From Leptogorgia sarmentosa (Eukaryota): a stretch of 64,000 nucleotides of DNA. Below the pieces are notes generated by a model, which worked only from the letters and a program-made list of their open reading frames with translations, was not told the origin of the DNA and did not search any database. Positions within the stretch are counted from its first letter, which is position 1, and every line of letters starts with the position of its first letter. A program made the position numbers and the translations under genes. Below, one piece after another: positions 36,804 to 50,875 of this stretch. The stretch lies in NCBI GenBank assembly GCA_964658305.1, contig OZ210885.1:20274001-20338000 (forward strand), in the 5' to 3' direction.

Positions 36804-39800
36804 GAACCCAAGCTGAATAAAAGTTCTCAGGAAGCCAGTTTTCAGGTACATTATTGCCTCGAGTATTCGTGCACCGAAGCAGTGGTGTTTGACAAAGACC
36901 GAGTCGATCAATTCTTTCCAAAGCTGGAAGCAAAATTTAGTGTATACACTATCTCTTGATGCAAATTTTGCCCCTTTCCTCGTAGAAGGGGCCTCATGGC
37001 AAAAGAAAACTAGAACAGAGCCTTTAAGAGGTTTTGCTAACGATGGAGACGATGTTGCACAGGCTCAACACCGTACAGCACAACAAAAAGTTAACATGCT
37101 AGACCTGATGTTGGGCCAAATCGCGAACTATTGTCCAATAATCTCTCGTAACACCATTGTGAAAAATAGCATATCAATTGAGTCCATATGGAATGCTATT
37201 CGCCTGCATTTTGGTTTTCAAGCTACTGGTGCCCATTTTGTGGATTTTAACAACATCAAGCTACAACCCGGCGAGCGCCCTGAGGACCTGTATCAACGTC
37301 TTATGGCATTTGTCGAGGACAGTCTCTTGAGTTCTAGTGGTAACATCACACATCATAGTGAGCAAATTACAGAAGATGAGGAACTTTCTCCCACTTTGGA
37401 AATATCGTCGTTCTCACATGGCTTCGTCTGATTAACCCAGCCCTCCCAAATCTTATCAAACAGCGTTATGGAACCGAATTTCGCTCCCAAACTCTTGCTT
37501 CCATAAAGCCTGAAATTTCACAAGCGATAAGCTCTTTGCTTGATGAAATTGCATCAAATGATGAAGCAAAAGTTATGTGCACACAAACATATAGGGAAGG
37601 CCCTAGTAGACGTCCACCCGTACTTGTACCAGCAACGAGGCAATCTGGGTCTACACGTCTGCGCGAGAAGTCATGTCCATTGTGTAAACAAGCAAGTCGC
37701 CCTGACAACCACTTTCTTAGCGAATGTAGATTTCTCCCTGAACGAGACCGGAAATACATGGCTAAGGCAAGGCAGATAGCCTCTATCCTGGAAGATAATG
37801 AAGAATATGTCGATGAAGCTGCAGTGGAAGATTACCCCCACACTAATAGTGTACCAGAAGTCCAACTGCGTCAGTCACCGTACATCAATGTGTTCGTTAG
37901 CCATCACACTGTTCGTGTCACTATTGATAGTGGAGCAACGTGCAACATGATTCGTGCATCAACCGTTCAAAAGCGACTTGGAGCCAACATTAAAGCCAGC
38001 TCCCAATCTGCACGACAGGCTGACGGTCATTCACCCTTGGAAGTTATTGGCGAAACTCGCATAACATTCACAAGAGAAAAGTACGAGATGTGTTTTGAGG
38101 GATTGGTTGTGGAAAATCTGGATGTTGAAATCCTTGCTGGTACGCCATTCATGGAAGCCAATGACATATCCGTCAGGCCTGCTCGACGCACAGTTCTCAT
38201 TTGTGACACTTCCTACACATATGGATCAAACAAAACCAAGTCACCAGCTGTACGACGCGCTGTTGTTCTCAGAGCTCCGTCAACCACTACCACTATTTGG
38301 CCTGGTGAATTTATTGAAATAGCACTGCCAGACTGTATAGCTGACAACGTGTATGCTCTTGAACCCCGCACTGATGCCCGAGTGCTCGATTTGCCAAAGT
38401 ATCACAGTAGTTGTGGCCCATGCCTTGTATCATATCCAGTTTTGCTGGTATGATCCGCATTCCGAATCTCTCAGACACGCCAGTAGCTTTGAAGCGCAAT
38501 GACCACTTTTGTCAACTAAACTCTGTTTTTAATCCATCTAAGGCAGACGAGCAGCCGAGACCTATTCCAATGCCCACCAAACCAACTCCGAAAGAAAAGT
38601 GTTTTTCCAGTTCCATCAATCTTGATCCTGCGCATTTACTACCCAATAATGTGTTCGCTAAGTTTGGTAATCTCCATAAACAATTCGATACAGTGTTCAA
38701 CCCCGAGATTGAAGGTTACAATGGTGCTTCAGGCCCCTTCAAAGCCAAAGTGAACATGGGTCCTGTCGAGCCACCGCAACGTAAAGGTCGCCTACCCCAG
38801 TATTCACGTGAGAGACAACAAAAATTCGACGAGCTGGAGGAGTTGGGAGTATTCAAACGGCCAGAAGATGTTGGTATCGCTGTTGAGTATCTTAATCCGT
38901 CCTTCTTAGTAAAGAAATCAAATGGAGGGACGCGCTTGGTGACTGCCTTTGGGGAAGTTGGCCAATACAGCAAGCCACAGCCTTCGCTCATGCCTGATGT
39001 CCATTCCACCTTACGCTTGATAGGTCAGTGGAAGTACATTATTACCACCGATCTTACTAATGCATTTTACCAAATTCCTCTTTCCAAAGAGTCAATGAAA
39101 TACTGCGGTGTTTCCACGCCATACAGAGGAACTTGTGTTTACGTACGTTCAGCTATGGGCATGCCTGGCTCAGAGACAGCATTGGAGGAGCTAATGTGCC
39201 GTGTCCTAGGCGAACTCCTACAAGCAGGCGCAGTTGCTAAGTTAACCGATGATTTATATTGTGGTGGAAATACTCGAGCCAAGCTACTCGATAATTGGAC
39301 AAAGTTATTGTCAGCCCTTCACAAGAACAACCTGCGTCTCTCGGCTTCTAAGACTACAGTCAACCCAAAATCCACGACGATCCTGGGTTGGACCTGGTCA
39401 CAAGGTACACTCTCGGCAAACCTGCATCGTATATCCGTGCTATCCTCATGTAACCCTCCAGAGAAAGTGAAACAAATGAAGTCATTCATTGGGGCGTATA
39501 AGGTTTTGGCACGGGTGATCCCTGGGTGTTCATCTCTCCTTGCTCCTCTTGATGATGCCATTGCTGGACTTCCATCTACCGAGGCAATTTCGTGGACAGA
39601 CGAGCTACACACAGCCTTTACTGCTGCTAAAAAGGCACTTGCTTCTTCCCGTTCAATTACACTTCCAAAACCTGATGATCAACTATGGATAGTAACCGAT
39701 GGAGCACTACGCAAGCCTGGTATTGGTGCCACTTTGTATGTGACTCGTCAAGACACCCTTCACCTTGCTGGTTGTTTCAGTGCAAAGATACGAAACCATC

Positions 39801-40432
39801 AATCTTCCTGGCTCCCTTGTGAGGTCGAAGCATTGGCTTTTGCCACTGCTGTAAAACATTTCAGTCCATACCTCGTCTAGTCTACCAGCAAGGCGTGCCT
39901 CCTCACCGACAGTAAACCGTGTGTGCAGGCATACCAGAAGTTATGTAGAGGCAAATTTTCCACCAGCCCTCGTGTATCCACATTCGTATCCACCGTTAGC
40001 AGGTACCAGGTCTTAGTCCAACACATTGCCGGCGCATCCATCCTCCCGTCCGACTTTGCAAGTCGTAATGCTCCCGAGTGCAGAGACATGGCTTGTCAAG
40101 TGTGTAATTTCATAAACACACAGTCATCAGTTATTCGACGCACATCTGTGGCTGAAATCCTAGCTGGTAAAACGCACCTTCCCTTCACCAGTAGAGCTGC
40201 TTGGCTGTCTATTCAGGCAGAATGTCCAGATTTACGCAGGACTCATGCCCATTTACGATTAGAAGATTACAAACATTAAAGACGTCAAGCGTTACCTCAA
40301 TGTCACCACCATCACAAGAGATGGTCTCCTCGTCGTTAAGTGCAGTGAGCCACTTTTACCGACACGAGAATGCACTGTCGTACCACGACAAGTCTTAGAT
40401 GGCCTCTTGACGGCACTCCATATTCAACTTAA

Positions 40433-43400
40433 GAGCAGATTTCTGTAAGGACTGGGTGAAATTCAAAAAGTTTGGCACATGAGTCGAAAATCGGGTATCT
40501 TCAAATTTTGTTCAAAGATAGCCTATGGTAGACTAATAAACGTGGCAAGTTGCTTTGGTCATAGTCTGGCGTTCATCTCGAGAAAATTCGCGAAAACCGT
40601 TTGAGCCATTTGTCCCCCGAAGTCCCTGTGAATGCGAGTCATTTCAACGATGATAAAAACCTCTCCGCGCGGAAGCGCGACAGGAGGTATGAACAAATTG
40701 CAGCTGAATATAGATTAAACATGTGTTTATAAGTAATTTAAGATAAAAATATTAACAATCGATGCATTTTTGACATTTTGGCGAGACGACAAAGATGGTT
40801 CATATTTCATTACTTGAAAATCTAAATTTAGAGCATATTTTCAAAATGAAAATTATCCCCGCGGTATGACTCAGATTTATCTCAAATTTCGTCTACAACA
40901 CGTGGAAGGGTTCTACTTATTCCCAAAATAAAAATATGTCGAATAGATATTGTTGCGGTAAAGAAATACCGCGCGGAATTTACCTAAAATCACAACTTTG
41001 AGCAGTTAACGATCACAATAATCAATACTTTAACGAAACGAAAACTAATCAGAATTATCAACTAACCGACTTAAGCATGTTTAGAGATTACATAATAACT
41101 TTACCTTACACGAAATATCGTCCAAGATCGATTCTGCGAGGTTCCGTGAAGAATCTCTACTTTTAGTCTGAGTATAAAGTCTGTGGACAAGTGAACGCTC
41201 ATGCAAGTGGTTTTGAAGCGCAGACACCATAATATTGCTGCCACATGCGAGCTTTAACTCCCCAGTTTTGATTCGTACCGTTGACACAGAATATAATTCC
41301 AGTGATAAGGAATAAAACATACCTTCTAATAATAATATTAAAGTAGAATAAACAGGAATTATATTCTGTGTAGACGACTGTACGCCAGGCTAAACATCCC
41401 TCAAATCTTGGGGAAATCCACGTGACGGGCAACAAGCTTCCGTTCACCTATTCGCAGTCCATACAGCAAAAGATTTCTGCAGAGACTGTGTGCAGGCTAG
41501 TCAATACCTGAATAGAGATAACAAACAACATATTTCCCAATGGTAACATGATTAAAACAATCGTCATTGACGACACGTGCAGCCAAGACACAATGCCTCG
41601 ATCTTTTCTATGTACGGCTGTTTACGTCTAACCGCTTTAATGTCTCCAGTTTCAATCCCCAGTGATTCGCAAATCTCCCGTAAGATAGAAATGCTAAATT
41701 TTGTTAATTTGGAGCTTGACGCCATTTCACATAGGTTGTAAGCGTCAAATGTGATTGGGTGAGTGGGCCCCAAGTCGTGCAAAACTTTTTGTGTAAGCTC
41801 CTCAATTTGCGCTTCCTTCAAGGCGTTGTGGGTGTCGTCGAGTTGATCTTCCTGCCCATCATCGTTTTCAGGAAGACTTTTCTTAGCTGCAAGACGGGAA
41901 AAATAACTGCTTACTTGACTGTGTGTCAAAAATTCATCACTCATGAAGAGACTTCGTCCGTCCGCGTCTTTTGCAGTCATCATTGCCCGGGCGACTGACA
42001 CAGGGTCTCTTTTTCTTCCGGATTGTTCCCCCAGTTTAAACTTGGCATCGAGGTAGCTTTTCTGCTGTTCACTAAACCGTTTCCGTGTAGAACCTGACTT
42101 TAGCGCCCAACCCATTGGCAGTTTTGTAACATTGTCTGTTGAAGTTGGTCTTGTAACAGTCATTGTGCTGATTTGGGGCACTGTTGCAGTTTGCCTTTCC
42201 AGGGCTCCAGCATAGGCAAGGGCAGCTCGGTCTAGCAATGTTTCGCGTTCAAGTAATCGTTTATGATTTCCACAGTCTAAATGCCTTTGTAGAGAGGAAT
42301 GCCTGAGAAACGTTTGCATACAGCCCTCCTCAGGACATGTAAATACTGCTGCTGCTGTTCCATCTGGTTTGTTACCGTGATTCGATCCAACCTCATCGTT
42401 GCTAGATAGATCTTTTGACGGTCTCTGTTTCACTGCCGCAAAGTTGTTACGAAATGAACAAGTAACATCGACAGTGGGGAGCTCAGAAAAAGTTGGATAT
42501 TGAACCTTGTTTGATGTCAATAGCTTTCCACGGCCAATACCATGCGCCTTCCAAACACGTATACCTTCATCCTCGTACTGAAAATTGTTAAGCAAACTCA
42601 CGTTATCAATCTTGACTGGTTGTACCTTGGGAAAAGCGATTGATTGACACAATGTGACGTCAACACCAGGTATTCCCCCCGAAGAAAGAATCGCATCTTT
42701 CATTTGATGAGGTTTTTCGATATCATTACCAGAGTTGAGGTAAATTCTCATGTGGGATTTAATGGTGGCGGCTTTTCTATCACATGGTCCTTTTCCTCCT
42801 TGCGGGTAAGAAAAATCCAGGCGCCTAATGCTGACGTCATGCGTTTCCCCAAGCACTTTGGCACCAACTATGGTTACACCACAGTGGTAACAGCCAGCGT
42901 TGTCTTGCCGATAGTAAACTGACTTCAGTTCAGGCATGGTACTCTTGAGCTGTTTGATAACATCTGCCATCACCGCGAGAACCGCACAACTATCTTGACT
43001 GCACCCTGGAAATATGTGCACGAATGTGAGCATCTGCAGCTCACCAGCATTTTTCCTTGTTGCCACTGTGATGTGCCAAGGAATCCCACGTTTCCCAAAC
43101 CAATCCGCTTGACTTTCTCTGTACTTTCTAGGAAGGTATTTCATCGCCCAATCTTGTACAAGTAGCGTCGATGACTCGTCGAGGTTTTCCAAAACTTCCA
43201 CACGTGCCATGTCTTGATTAACTGAGCGTAAAAGGTGCGACTTCCATGCCGAAATTGCCGTTTTTGCTTGCTTAATTCTAAATGCAAGTTCCTCCTTGAC
43301 ATTGAATGGCATATTTTCACTCTGAATTGATAAAGCGGAATCAATGTCATCAATTACTGATGTTAACATATCACAACAGTCGCCAGACGCTTGTGTGTTG

Positions 43401-46400
43401 GTGTTCACAGGTGGACTGGAATGCTGGTTCTTTCGGATCACTTAAGGCGTACACTCTGCAATGATCTGCCACGGTCGATGCCATAGAAACGTGCACCTAC
43501 AATGTAGTATTATTTTGGAATGATCTGGCGCTTTACAGCTATATGTTACTTGCACATGTGAGTACGGTTCTCGTCCTTAATAATCAAGATAACATTTCTG
43601 ATCAGCAAAAACAAAAACCATTAGCTCACTTCTTAGTAACGATACAAGACACATTTTCAATATTGTACATTCACTATGCACGTTGAATACAAACCATATA
43701 TATTTGCTGTACCTTATAGTCACTTTTTAAATAACGCTTGCTTGCACGTAGACGATGTTTTTGCTCTTTTGACCATCCCATGCCTTGCCCCAAGTCTCCA
43801 AGAGTTTCAACAACATCGCACAGATCGTCAAAAGCTTCCGTTCCTGCAGAGGTGATATAGTCAAGACCCTGAAGAGATTTGCGAGTGGACGCTGCACAGA
43901 TGTTCAAGATACGAAAGAGGGTACTGCGATTTAGAGGCTCGAATCTGGATTCTTTACAATAATTAATGTACTGGGTGGTTATTCGCTCTGGGATCATGAT
44001 TCGTATGACGTTAGGCACCTTGATCGTCTCTCTCGTGGATAGTGTGATCGTTTTTTCTCCAAAGGGCAAGTCTTGCACGATGTGAGAGCTAGTGATAAAC
44101 TCAACAAAATGCTCAACTTGGCTAGTAGAAAATCTCATCCTCGGCACAGTAACGGGTTGCACAGGTACTCCTCTCCCTTGGATCAAGCAATGACGCTTGG
44201 CCTCTGTGAAAGTGTACTTTGTCAGGTCTGGTATCCATTGCTTCGACTGTTTGAAAGGCATTTTATCAGCCATGATCGACAGTATTTGCCGCCGTGTCTC
44301 CCAGCTATCTGCTGCAACATAACACTCTGCAAGGGCCTCTATAAGCGCTTCATCAACGCCAGGGAAAGCTTGGTCGGCTAATTCATCTCGAATAGTGTTG
44401 GAGTAACAAAGACCCTGAAACAACTGTGTTCCATCGTTTGGCGCAATATCATGAACGATGGCGGTCACTGCTTGCCCAGCTTTACGGAGATAGTAGCGCT
44501 TTGTTCTATCGCTTGCATCTTCCCATGGCACGCTAAGCCTAGAACGAATTGGGCTTACATCTCGGTACTGTAAATATTCATTTAGGTGATCGGTGGGCTC
44601 TGTGTGTGTTTTTCTTTTTGCAGCAACGTTGGTCGCACCACCGACAGAACTTGTACTGCTTGACGAGTCGCTACTTGGTGGTAAATAAAAGCTTTTGCTT
44701 CTGGGAGTGACTGGTATATCGGACGTTTCTGAAGAATTAGTTACCTCACCCTAAAAAGACAAATCAACCACATAGTTTTACTAGTCGTGCAATCTCGTGT
44801 CTGCGGCGCCTCGAGCAGAAGCAAAAAGTTATAACATAGGTATACAAGTTATAATTATATTCCTCCCGCGTCTGCAATTGGCCCTTCGGTGTCTACTTTG
44901 ATAAAAGCGTCATTAACTATATCCTACCAAAGAAATATTTCCAATTTCCTTTGCAATACTTTCTGCATCATCATGGGTTTGAGGTTCAGCAGCCGGTGTT
45001 GCCTCAGGGGATATTGTATGCCTGCAAGCACAGCATACACCTAAATAATATAAGTATTATAAGTTATCAAAATGTTGTCAAAATATAGAGGTTGTACGCT
45101 ATCTCTCTCCACGCACACACGGCACGGTGGCAAGCATACGAAACAAATGTGTGGTGGATAAAATTCAATGAAGAAAACGGTGTTCCCACTTTGTTCTTAT
45201 ATATATATATTTTTTTATATACAATGCAAAACGCACCTGAACCGACAGGAAGAAATATACCAGTGCGGCGAAGAATTGTTCGTGACATCGCTTTGTTGAT
45301 GCCTTGATTAGCCGCCTTTCGAACTGACGTTCCAGATTTAGCATGACTGGATAGAGTAGGTGGTACTCTACAACATTGAGAGCCTCTACGCCATCCAATA
45401 CCCAACGAGGAACGGTGTGAAGGACAAATCGTCATATCCAAAATATCAGGCGGAGAGTTGAAAATAGACGCATGTGCCAGTATTAGGGATACTTCTGAGT
45501 CAACATCGTTGACTCCTATAGCTTTTCGATGCCCCGTTATATCTTTTGTACATGATACCAAGGGGACAACGGAAACATTTTCTACAGCAAGTCGACTGCG
45601 CTTATCCGGACCGCAGTTTCCACCGACAAGTCGGTGGAAAGAGCAATTCATCGCGATACTACATTTCTCCTCCGACAATGAACTATACTCACGTTGTTTA
45701 TTTGTTCAACAGTTACACTCAGCATGCCAACATGTGCACAGGTCAATTAATATGTGACACTAATTACACATATGACACTTTTGCGGCAAGGTATTACTAT
45801 CCGTTTCCTCCCGAAAAGTGAAAACCATAGCGCAGGTCCGCTGGTCAGCTGAAGTGCGACACCGCGGCTGCACCGCTCACAGTATACAATAACAAATAAC
45901 AAAGTTATCTTTCAAATCATGTTCAAATGAAATTAAAAGCCAGTATTTGGGCCAGCCGCGTCTGTACATGGCTTTTATATAACGTTTTGAGTAGTTCAGC
46001 TTTTCAAAGATGTCCCATTGCGAAGTATAATTTAACGGATAATCTTGTGCATACATGGAAGGAATTGAAGGAATATCGTTTATGCTGTCACTCGTGCTAA
46101 CTTATCAGGCGCTATGGAGAATATTATACACGGAACCTCGCAGAATCGATCTTGGACGATATTTTGTGTAAGGTAAAGTTATTATGTAATCTCTAAACCT
46201 GCTTAAGTCGATTAGTTGATAATTCTGATGAGTTTGCGCTTCGTTAAAGTATTGATTATTGTGATCGTTAACTGCTCAAAGTTGTGATTTTAGGTAAATT
46301 CCGCGCGGTATTTCTTTACCGCAACAATATCTATTCGACATATTTTTATTTTGGGAATAAGTAGAACCCTTCCACGTGTTGTAGACGAAATTTGAGATAA

Positions 46401-46836
46401 ATCTGAGTCATACCGTGGGGATAATTTTCATTTTGAAAATATGCTCTAAATTTAGATTTTCAAGTAATGAAATATGAACCATCTTTGTCGTCTCGCCAAA
46501 ATGTCAAAAATGCATCGATTGTTAATATTTTTATCTTAAATTACTTATAAACACATGTTTAATCTATATTCAGCTGCAATTTGTTCATACCTCCTGTCGC
46601 GCTTCCGCGCGGAGAGGTTTTTATCATCGTTGAAATGACTCGCATTCACAGGGACATTCACAGGACAAACGGCTCAAACGGTTTTCGCGAATTTTTTCGA
46701 GATGAACGCCAGACTATGACCAAAGCAACTTGCCAAGTTTATTAGTCTATCATAGGCTATCTTTGAACAAAATTTGAAGATACCCGATTTTCGACTCATG
46801 TGCCAAACTTCACCCAGTCCTTACAGAAATCTGCTC
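40433..46836 (-). mobile_element. Sola3-type DNA transposon, full length, ~710-bp TIRs
   Basis: TTAA TSD, GAG...CTC termini; TIRs 40433-41148 and 46129-46836 nearly identical. Confidence 0.88.
41564..45678 (-). pseudogene. Sola3 transposase, 4 exons, apparently one frameshift
   Basis: Exons 45678-45237, 45040-44928, 44750-43713 and 43496-41564 join in frame except for a shift near 43390; QDWAMK, QDNAGCYH, GKGPCDR motifs; C2H2 finger CPEEGC...HLDCGNH. Confidence 0.8.
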
Positions 46837-47207
46837 TTAATCACCCATCTGCTCACCAGCTAAAAATGGTCACTTGTCGCTATTTATTCGCCCTGGATAT
46901 GGACAAAGCTATCGAGCGTATTACAGATGGATGTCACCACTGCGCTTCCCTGATTAAGTGTCCACATGGTACAGTTGAGCAGTCTACTACACCTTCCCCC
47001 GAGACAGTTGGAGTGTCCTTTGCCGCAGATGTAATTAAGCGCAACCGCCAACTATGTATTTGTATGTCTTATTTGTTAAAGTTTTCATGTATTAGCAAGC
47101 AATTTAAATTAAATTTGTCATATAGAAAAGTTTCAATTTGTTTTTGCAAAACCATGGATAAAATAACTCGTATGTACAGTATGACTGAGATGTTTATATA
47201 TATATAT

Positions 47208-47335
47208 ACGGTAAAGTTTTCGTCAACAAAATGCCAAAAGAGTGCTTAATACCATATAGATAGAGCAAATAGTATAGTTTTGCCTCAAAAAGGTGCCACT
47301 ACAGCCTGTTTCATCCAAAAGGAATCATCAGAAGG
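47208..47335 (-). mobile_element. Retrozyme-like repeat copy 3 with hammerhead at 47296-47335
   Basis: CCUU-CUGAUGA-UUCCUUUUGGAU-GAAACAGGCUGUA-GUGG; 3' end abuts (TA)n. Confidence 0.75.
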
Positions 47336-48499
47336 CTGACAAATTTCGAAAAGTTTGCTGCTTATAAGTGTTTTGAGTCGTAAACGTGGGCATGGGCGTC
47401 AAACAATGCATGCATTCCTTCCATTGTTTAGGTTGTTTACTAGGTATTTCTTTTTATGATTACATGTCGAAACTATTTCCGATTTTTTGTTTAGTAAATT
47501 TTGTTTGTTTTTATCTTTCAAAATACAGAGCTTTTCTTCTAAACATAAATTGCATCTTTTTGTTCCTCCCGTATACGAAATACAATGCTTAATTATAGAC
47601 CAAGTAATGTCAAAATCTTTGTTATTATCTTTTAGTCCCCAAATGTATTTCGAAAGTTCTGTTTCGTTTGAGTACCTTTTGTGGTTAAATGATGCCTGCG
47701 GCGGCTTGAAATAGAAAACGGGTCTAGATACAGGTATTCGGATCTAGATACAGGTATTCGGATCCTGGACAAACGTTTGAATAGCAGTTCCTTTGTTAAG
47801 GGAGTGATTTTGGGTGACACAAGTGATTTGTGATTATATTGTTGTAACGATAATATGATGAACGAAGTAGTGGTGAATTAATGTTCATATTTATTAACTT
47901 TTAATTAAATATTTAATAATTAATAGTAAATTAGTTGAGTGAATGGTCATTAATGACATGGTGTCGTATTGGTTGAGGTGGCTGGATGAGGTTGGCAAAA
48001 CCCGGGTGCATTGCCAATATAGAGCCACTCAGGCCTAGTCCCTGTTAGTTTTACATTTAAAACTGTTAGTTATGTTTTCATCTGGTTCCAAGCATAACTG
48101 GGAAAGCACGTTTCTAACCAGCTAGCGGGTCTCGGAACGTCGTGCTCGCAATGCGAGTTTTGTTTCACACTGAATTTTGAATGGCGCGAAAAAAACAGGT
48201 TCACTTTTTCGTCTTTGCGAGTTGTGAAGAGGAGTAAGTTGTGTTGGAGATGGTGAGTGAGTTTTTATGGATGCGTTTGGGTGAAGTAGAATGGCGTGGA
48301 TTACATATTGAGGTGATAAATGGAAAACTTACGAAGGCAGTCAATGACTGTACTCTGCGTGCAAAAAAAATTTTTGACGAAGAGAATGATAAAAACTGGG
48401 GACGTTGCCATGGAGACGTATCCAAGTTCGTAAACGTTGCCGTGGGAGACGTGCCAGGGAATGGGTTCTAGGAGCCTGGGGTTGAATTCCATGCCAGCA

Positions 48500-49400
48500 T
48501 TGGTTGGGTCAGGTTAAGGATTGGGTGGGGTTTAGGTCCAGGGTGTACATAAGGATTAGGGTTGGAAGTGGTTAGGGTCAGGTTAAGGATTGCGTTGGGT
48601 TTAGGTCCAGGGTGTACATAAGGTTAGGGTTGGAGGTGGTGAGGGTCAGGTTAAGGATTGGGTAGGGTTTAGCTCAAGGGTGTGCATAAGGATCAGGGTT
48701 TGAAGTGGTTGGGGTCAGGTTAAGGATTGGGTTTAGGTCAAGGGTGTGTTTAAGGATTAGGATTCGATTGGTTAGGGTCAGGTTAAGGGTTGGGTTGGGT
48801 TTAGGTCACGAGTGTATTTAGGGTTTGAAGTGGTTCGGGTCAGGTTAAGGATTGGGTGGGGTTTAGGTCAAGGGTGTATTTGAGGATTGGGGTTTAATTG
48901 GTTAGGGTCAGTTTAAGGATTGGATTGGGTTTAGCTCAAGGGTGTGCATAAGGATTGGGGTTTGAAGTGGTTAGGGTTTAGGTCAAGGGTGTAGTTAAGG
49001 ATTAGGGATTGAAGTGGTTAGGGTCTGGTTAAGGATTGGGTGGGGTTTAGGTCAAGGGTGTATTTGAGGATTGAGGTTTAATTGGTTAGGGTCAGGTTAA
49101 GGATTGGATTGCGTTTAGCTCGAGGGTGCGCATAAGGATTAGGGTTTAAGGTGGTTAGGGTCAGGTTAAGGATTGGGTGGGGTTTAGCTCAAGGGTGTAC
49201 ATAAGGATTAGGGTTTGAAGTGGTTGGGGTCAGGTTAAGGATTGGGTTGGGTTTAGGTCACGGGTGTATTTAGGGTTTGATTGGTTAGGGTCAGGTTAAG
49301 GATTGGGTTTAGGTCAAGGATGTAGTTGAGGATTAGGGTGTGAATTGTTAGGGTCAAGTTAAGGGTTGGTTTGGGTTAGACTTTGGTTTGGGTGGTTGGG
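48500..49400 (+). repeat. G/T-rich satellite, ~14 units of mostly 60-69 bp built from degenerate TTAGGG-like hexamers
   Basis: GGGTCAGGTTAAGG recurs at 48506, 48575, 48643, 48712, 48775 and onward. Confidence 0.9.
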
Positions 49401-49885
49401 ACTAGTTGTATTTTGTAGTGATTAGTGCTTCCTGTTGGGATAAGATGTAGAAGGAAAAGCGAAGAGGGAAGGAGGGGTTGGAAAAGTGGAAGCAGACATG
49501 ATGTTGGTCCAAGGATCATGTGGGAAATTTGGATTGGATTTGGCTTCAGCCATCCCTATGGGTCGGTTGGAGTCAGGAATAGGATTTGGGTAGGGTGTGA
49601 TTGGATTTGGATATCCAATCGATTGCTGTTGATGGTTAGATTCCGCTTTGTCGTGTGGTGTTTCCACTTGGAACGTCTCGATATGTTGGGAGAAGATGAG
49701 AGAGGGGTAGGTGAGTGGAAGCTGATGTGATGATGGAGGATGGAGATTGATAAACGTATATAAACTGGTGGATAGTGATGAGTGGCGGTGGATAAATGTG
49801 TGATGATTTTTTGCGACATGTGATGGAGTGTTGGAATTTTAATTAATACGATGTGGCGATGAGATTATTGAATTGGTGTGAACAT

Positions 49886-50875
49886 TACGGTGGCCCACAG
49901 TGGCAACACAGATATACATTCACCAAAAGATATTTAAGTTCTATTTAACCAATATATATTTACAGTGCAGAAATATATTTGCAGTACAGAAATATATTCA
50001 CACTACAGAAATATATTTACAGTACAGAAATATATTTACAGTACAGAAATATATTTATAGTATACTATATTTATATTTACGATCGATACGGCCGGTATTT
50101 GATAATGTCGCGCACGTGCAGTCGTGTCGTCGTGCTCGTCCAGGGTGGCTAACTTTTGTTCTAAGTGTGCATTTCCCATAGAAAAAAGTTACTACTTTTG
50201 CCCAAAATGTGGTGATGATATAAAAACAAATGCAAATGCGGTCGATGACGGAAATGTTAACCCTAAACAAGGGCTTCAAACCACTTCGACCAGCACCAGA
50301 AAATTCTCTTTGCAGAATTTTGCTTTAGCAAGCTTTGCCGCTTTCAAATCAACGAAAGAAAAACTCTCCAAAGTGGTGGATTAATTAAAAAACAAAAAGT
50401 TCAAGTAAAGGAAGTTACTATCCAGGTTGGCGTAATGGATGACTGCCTCAAAATTAAACATGGTGAAACCATTCCGTTAAAAGTTAATTTGTTGGCAACA
50501 CAAGACGAAATCCTTGCAACAGCAATAAAGAAGCATGGTGATTTCAATAAGCGTTTCGATAGTGAGGCAAATTACCAGTTAATTTTCAAAGATGGGAGCA
50601 ATGTGAATTTCATTCCAGGGACAGATCCTCCTGAATCTTTTACACTACAGCGGTATAAAGACTTATCAGGATTTGGATTTTCACATATAGTATTGTGCCT
50701 TTCTGCAGCACGCAATGACGACGCATACGTGATTGATAATGAAAGCGAAGACAACGATTTCCTACCGCCAGCTACCTGGTTAACCAACAACAATAATTAT
50801 TCAGACTTCGTTGAGCATGAAGTGGAATGTACCACCGTCACGACCAAATGCACAAACAATATAGTCAGACAAGGT
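49886..50875 (+). mobile_element. Possible IS3EU-like element 5' end, with subterminal 20-bp repeats and the first exon of an accessory gene
   Basis: Starts TACGGTGGCCC; tandem CAGTACAGAAATATATTTA at ~49952-50057; ORFs 50124-50384 (FCSKC...FCPKCG zinc ribbon) and 50435-50896 with donor AAG|GTAAGA near 50873. Confidence 0.4.

Larger units (their letters stand above)
36620..47056 (+). mobile_element. Gypsy LTR retrotransposon (partial 5' LTR, gag-PR-RT-RH-IN; 3' truncated), split by Sola3
   Basis: CPLCKQ...H...C knuckle; VTIDSGATCN protease; DLTNAFYQI and KLTDDLY (RT); IVTDGA (RNase H); integrase LHIQL|NHPSAHQ...CHHC continues across the TTAA at 40429/46837. Confidence 0.9.

Noticed and set aside
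47974..48031. SECIS element
   Set aside because: Helix II is too short, the 3' GA quartet is out of register, and no UGA-containing ORF lies upstream; kept only as an unexplained hairpin.
48500..49400. Repeat array resembling a CRISPR
   Set aside because: The sequences between conserved cores are themselves homologous, there are no unique spacers or cas genes, and the context is eukaryotic.
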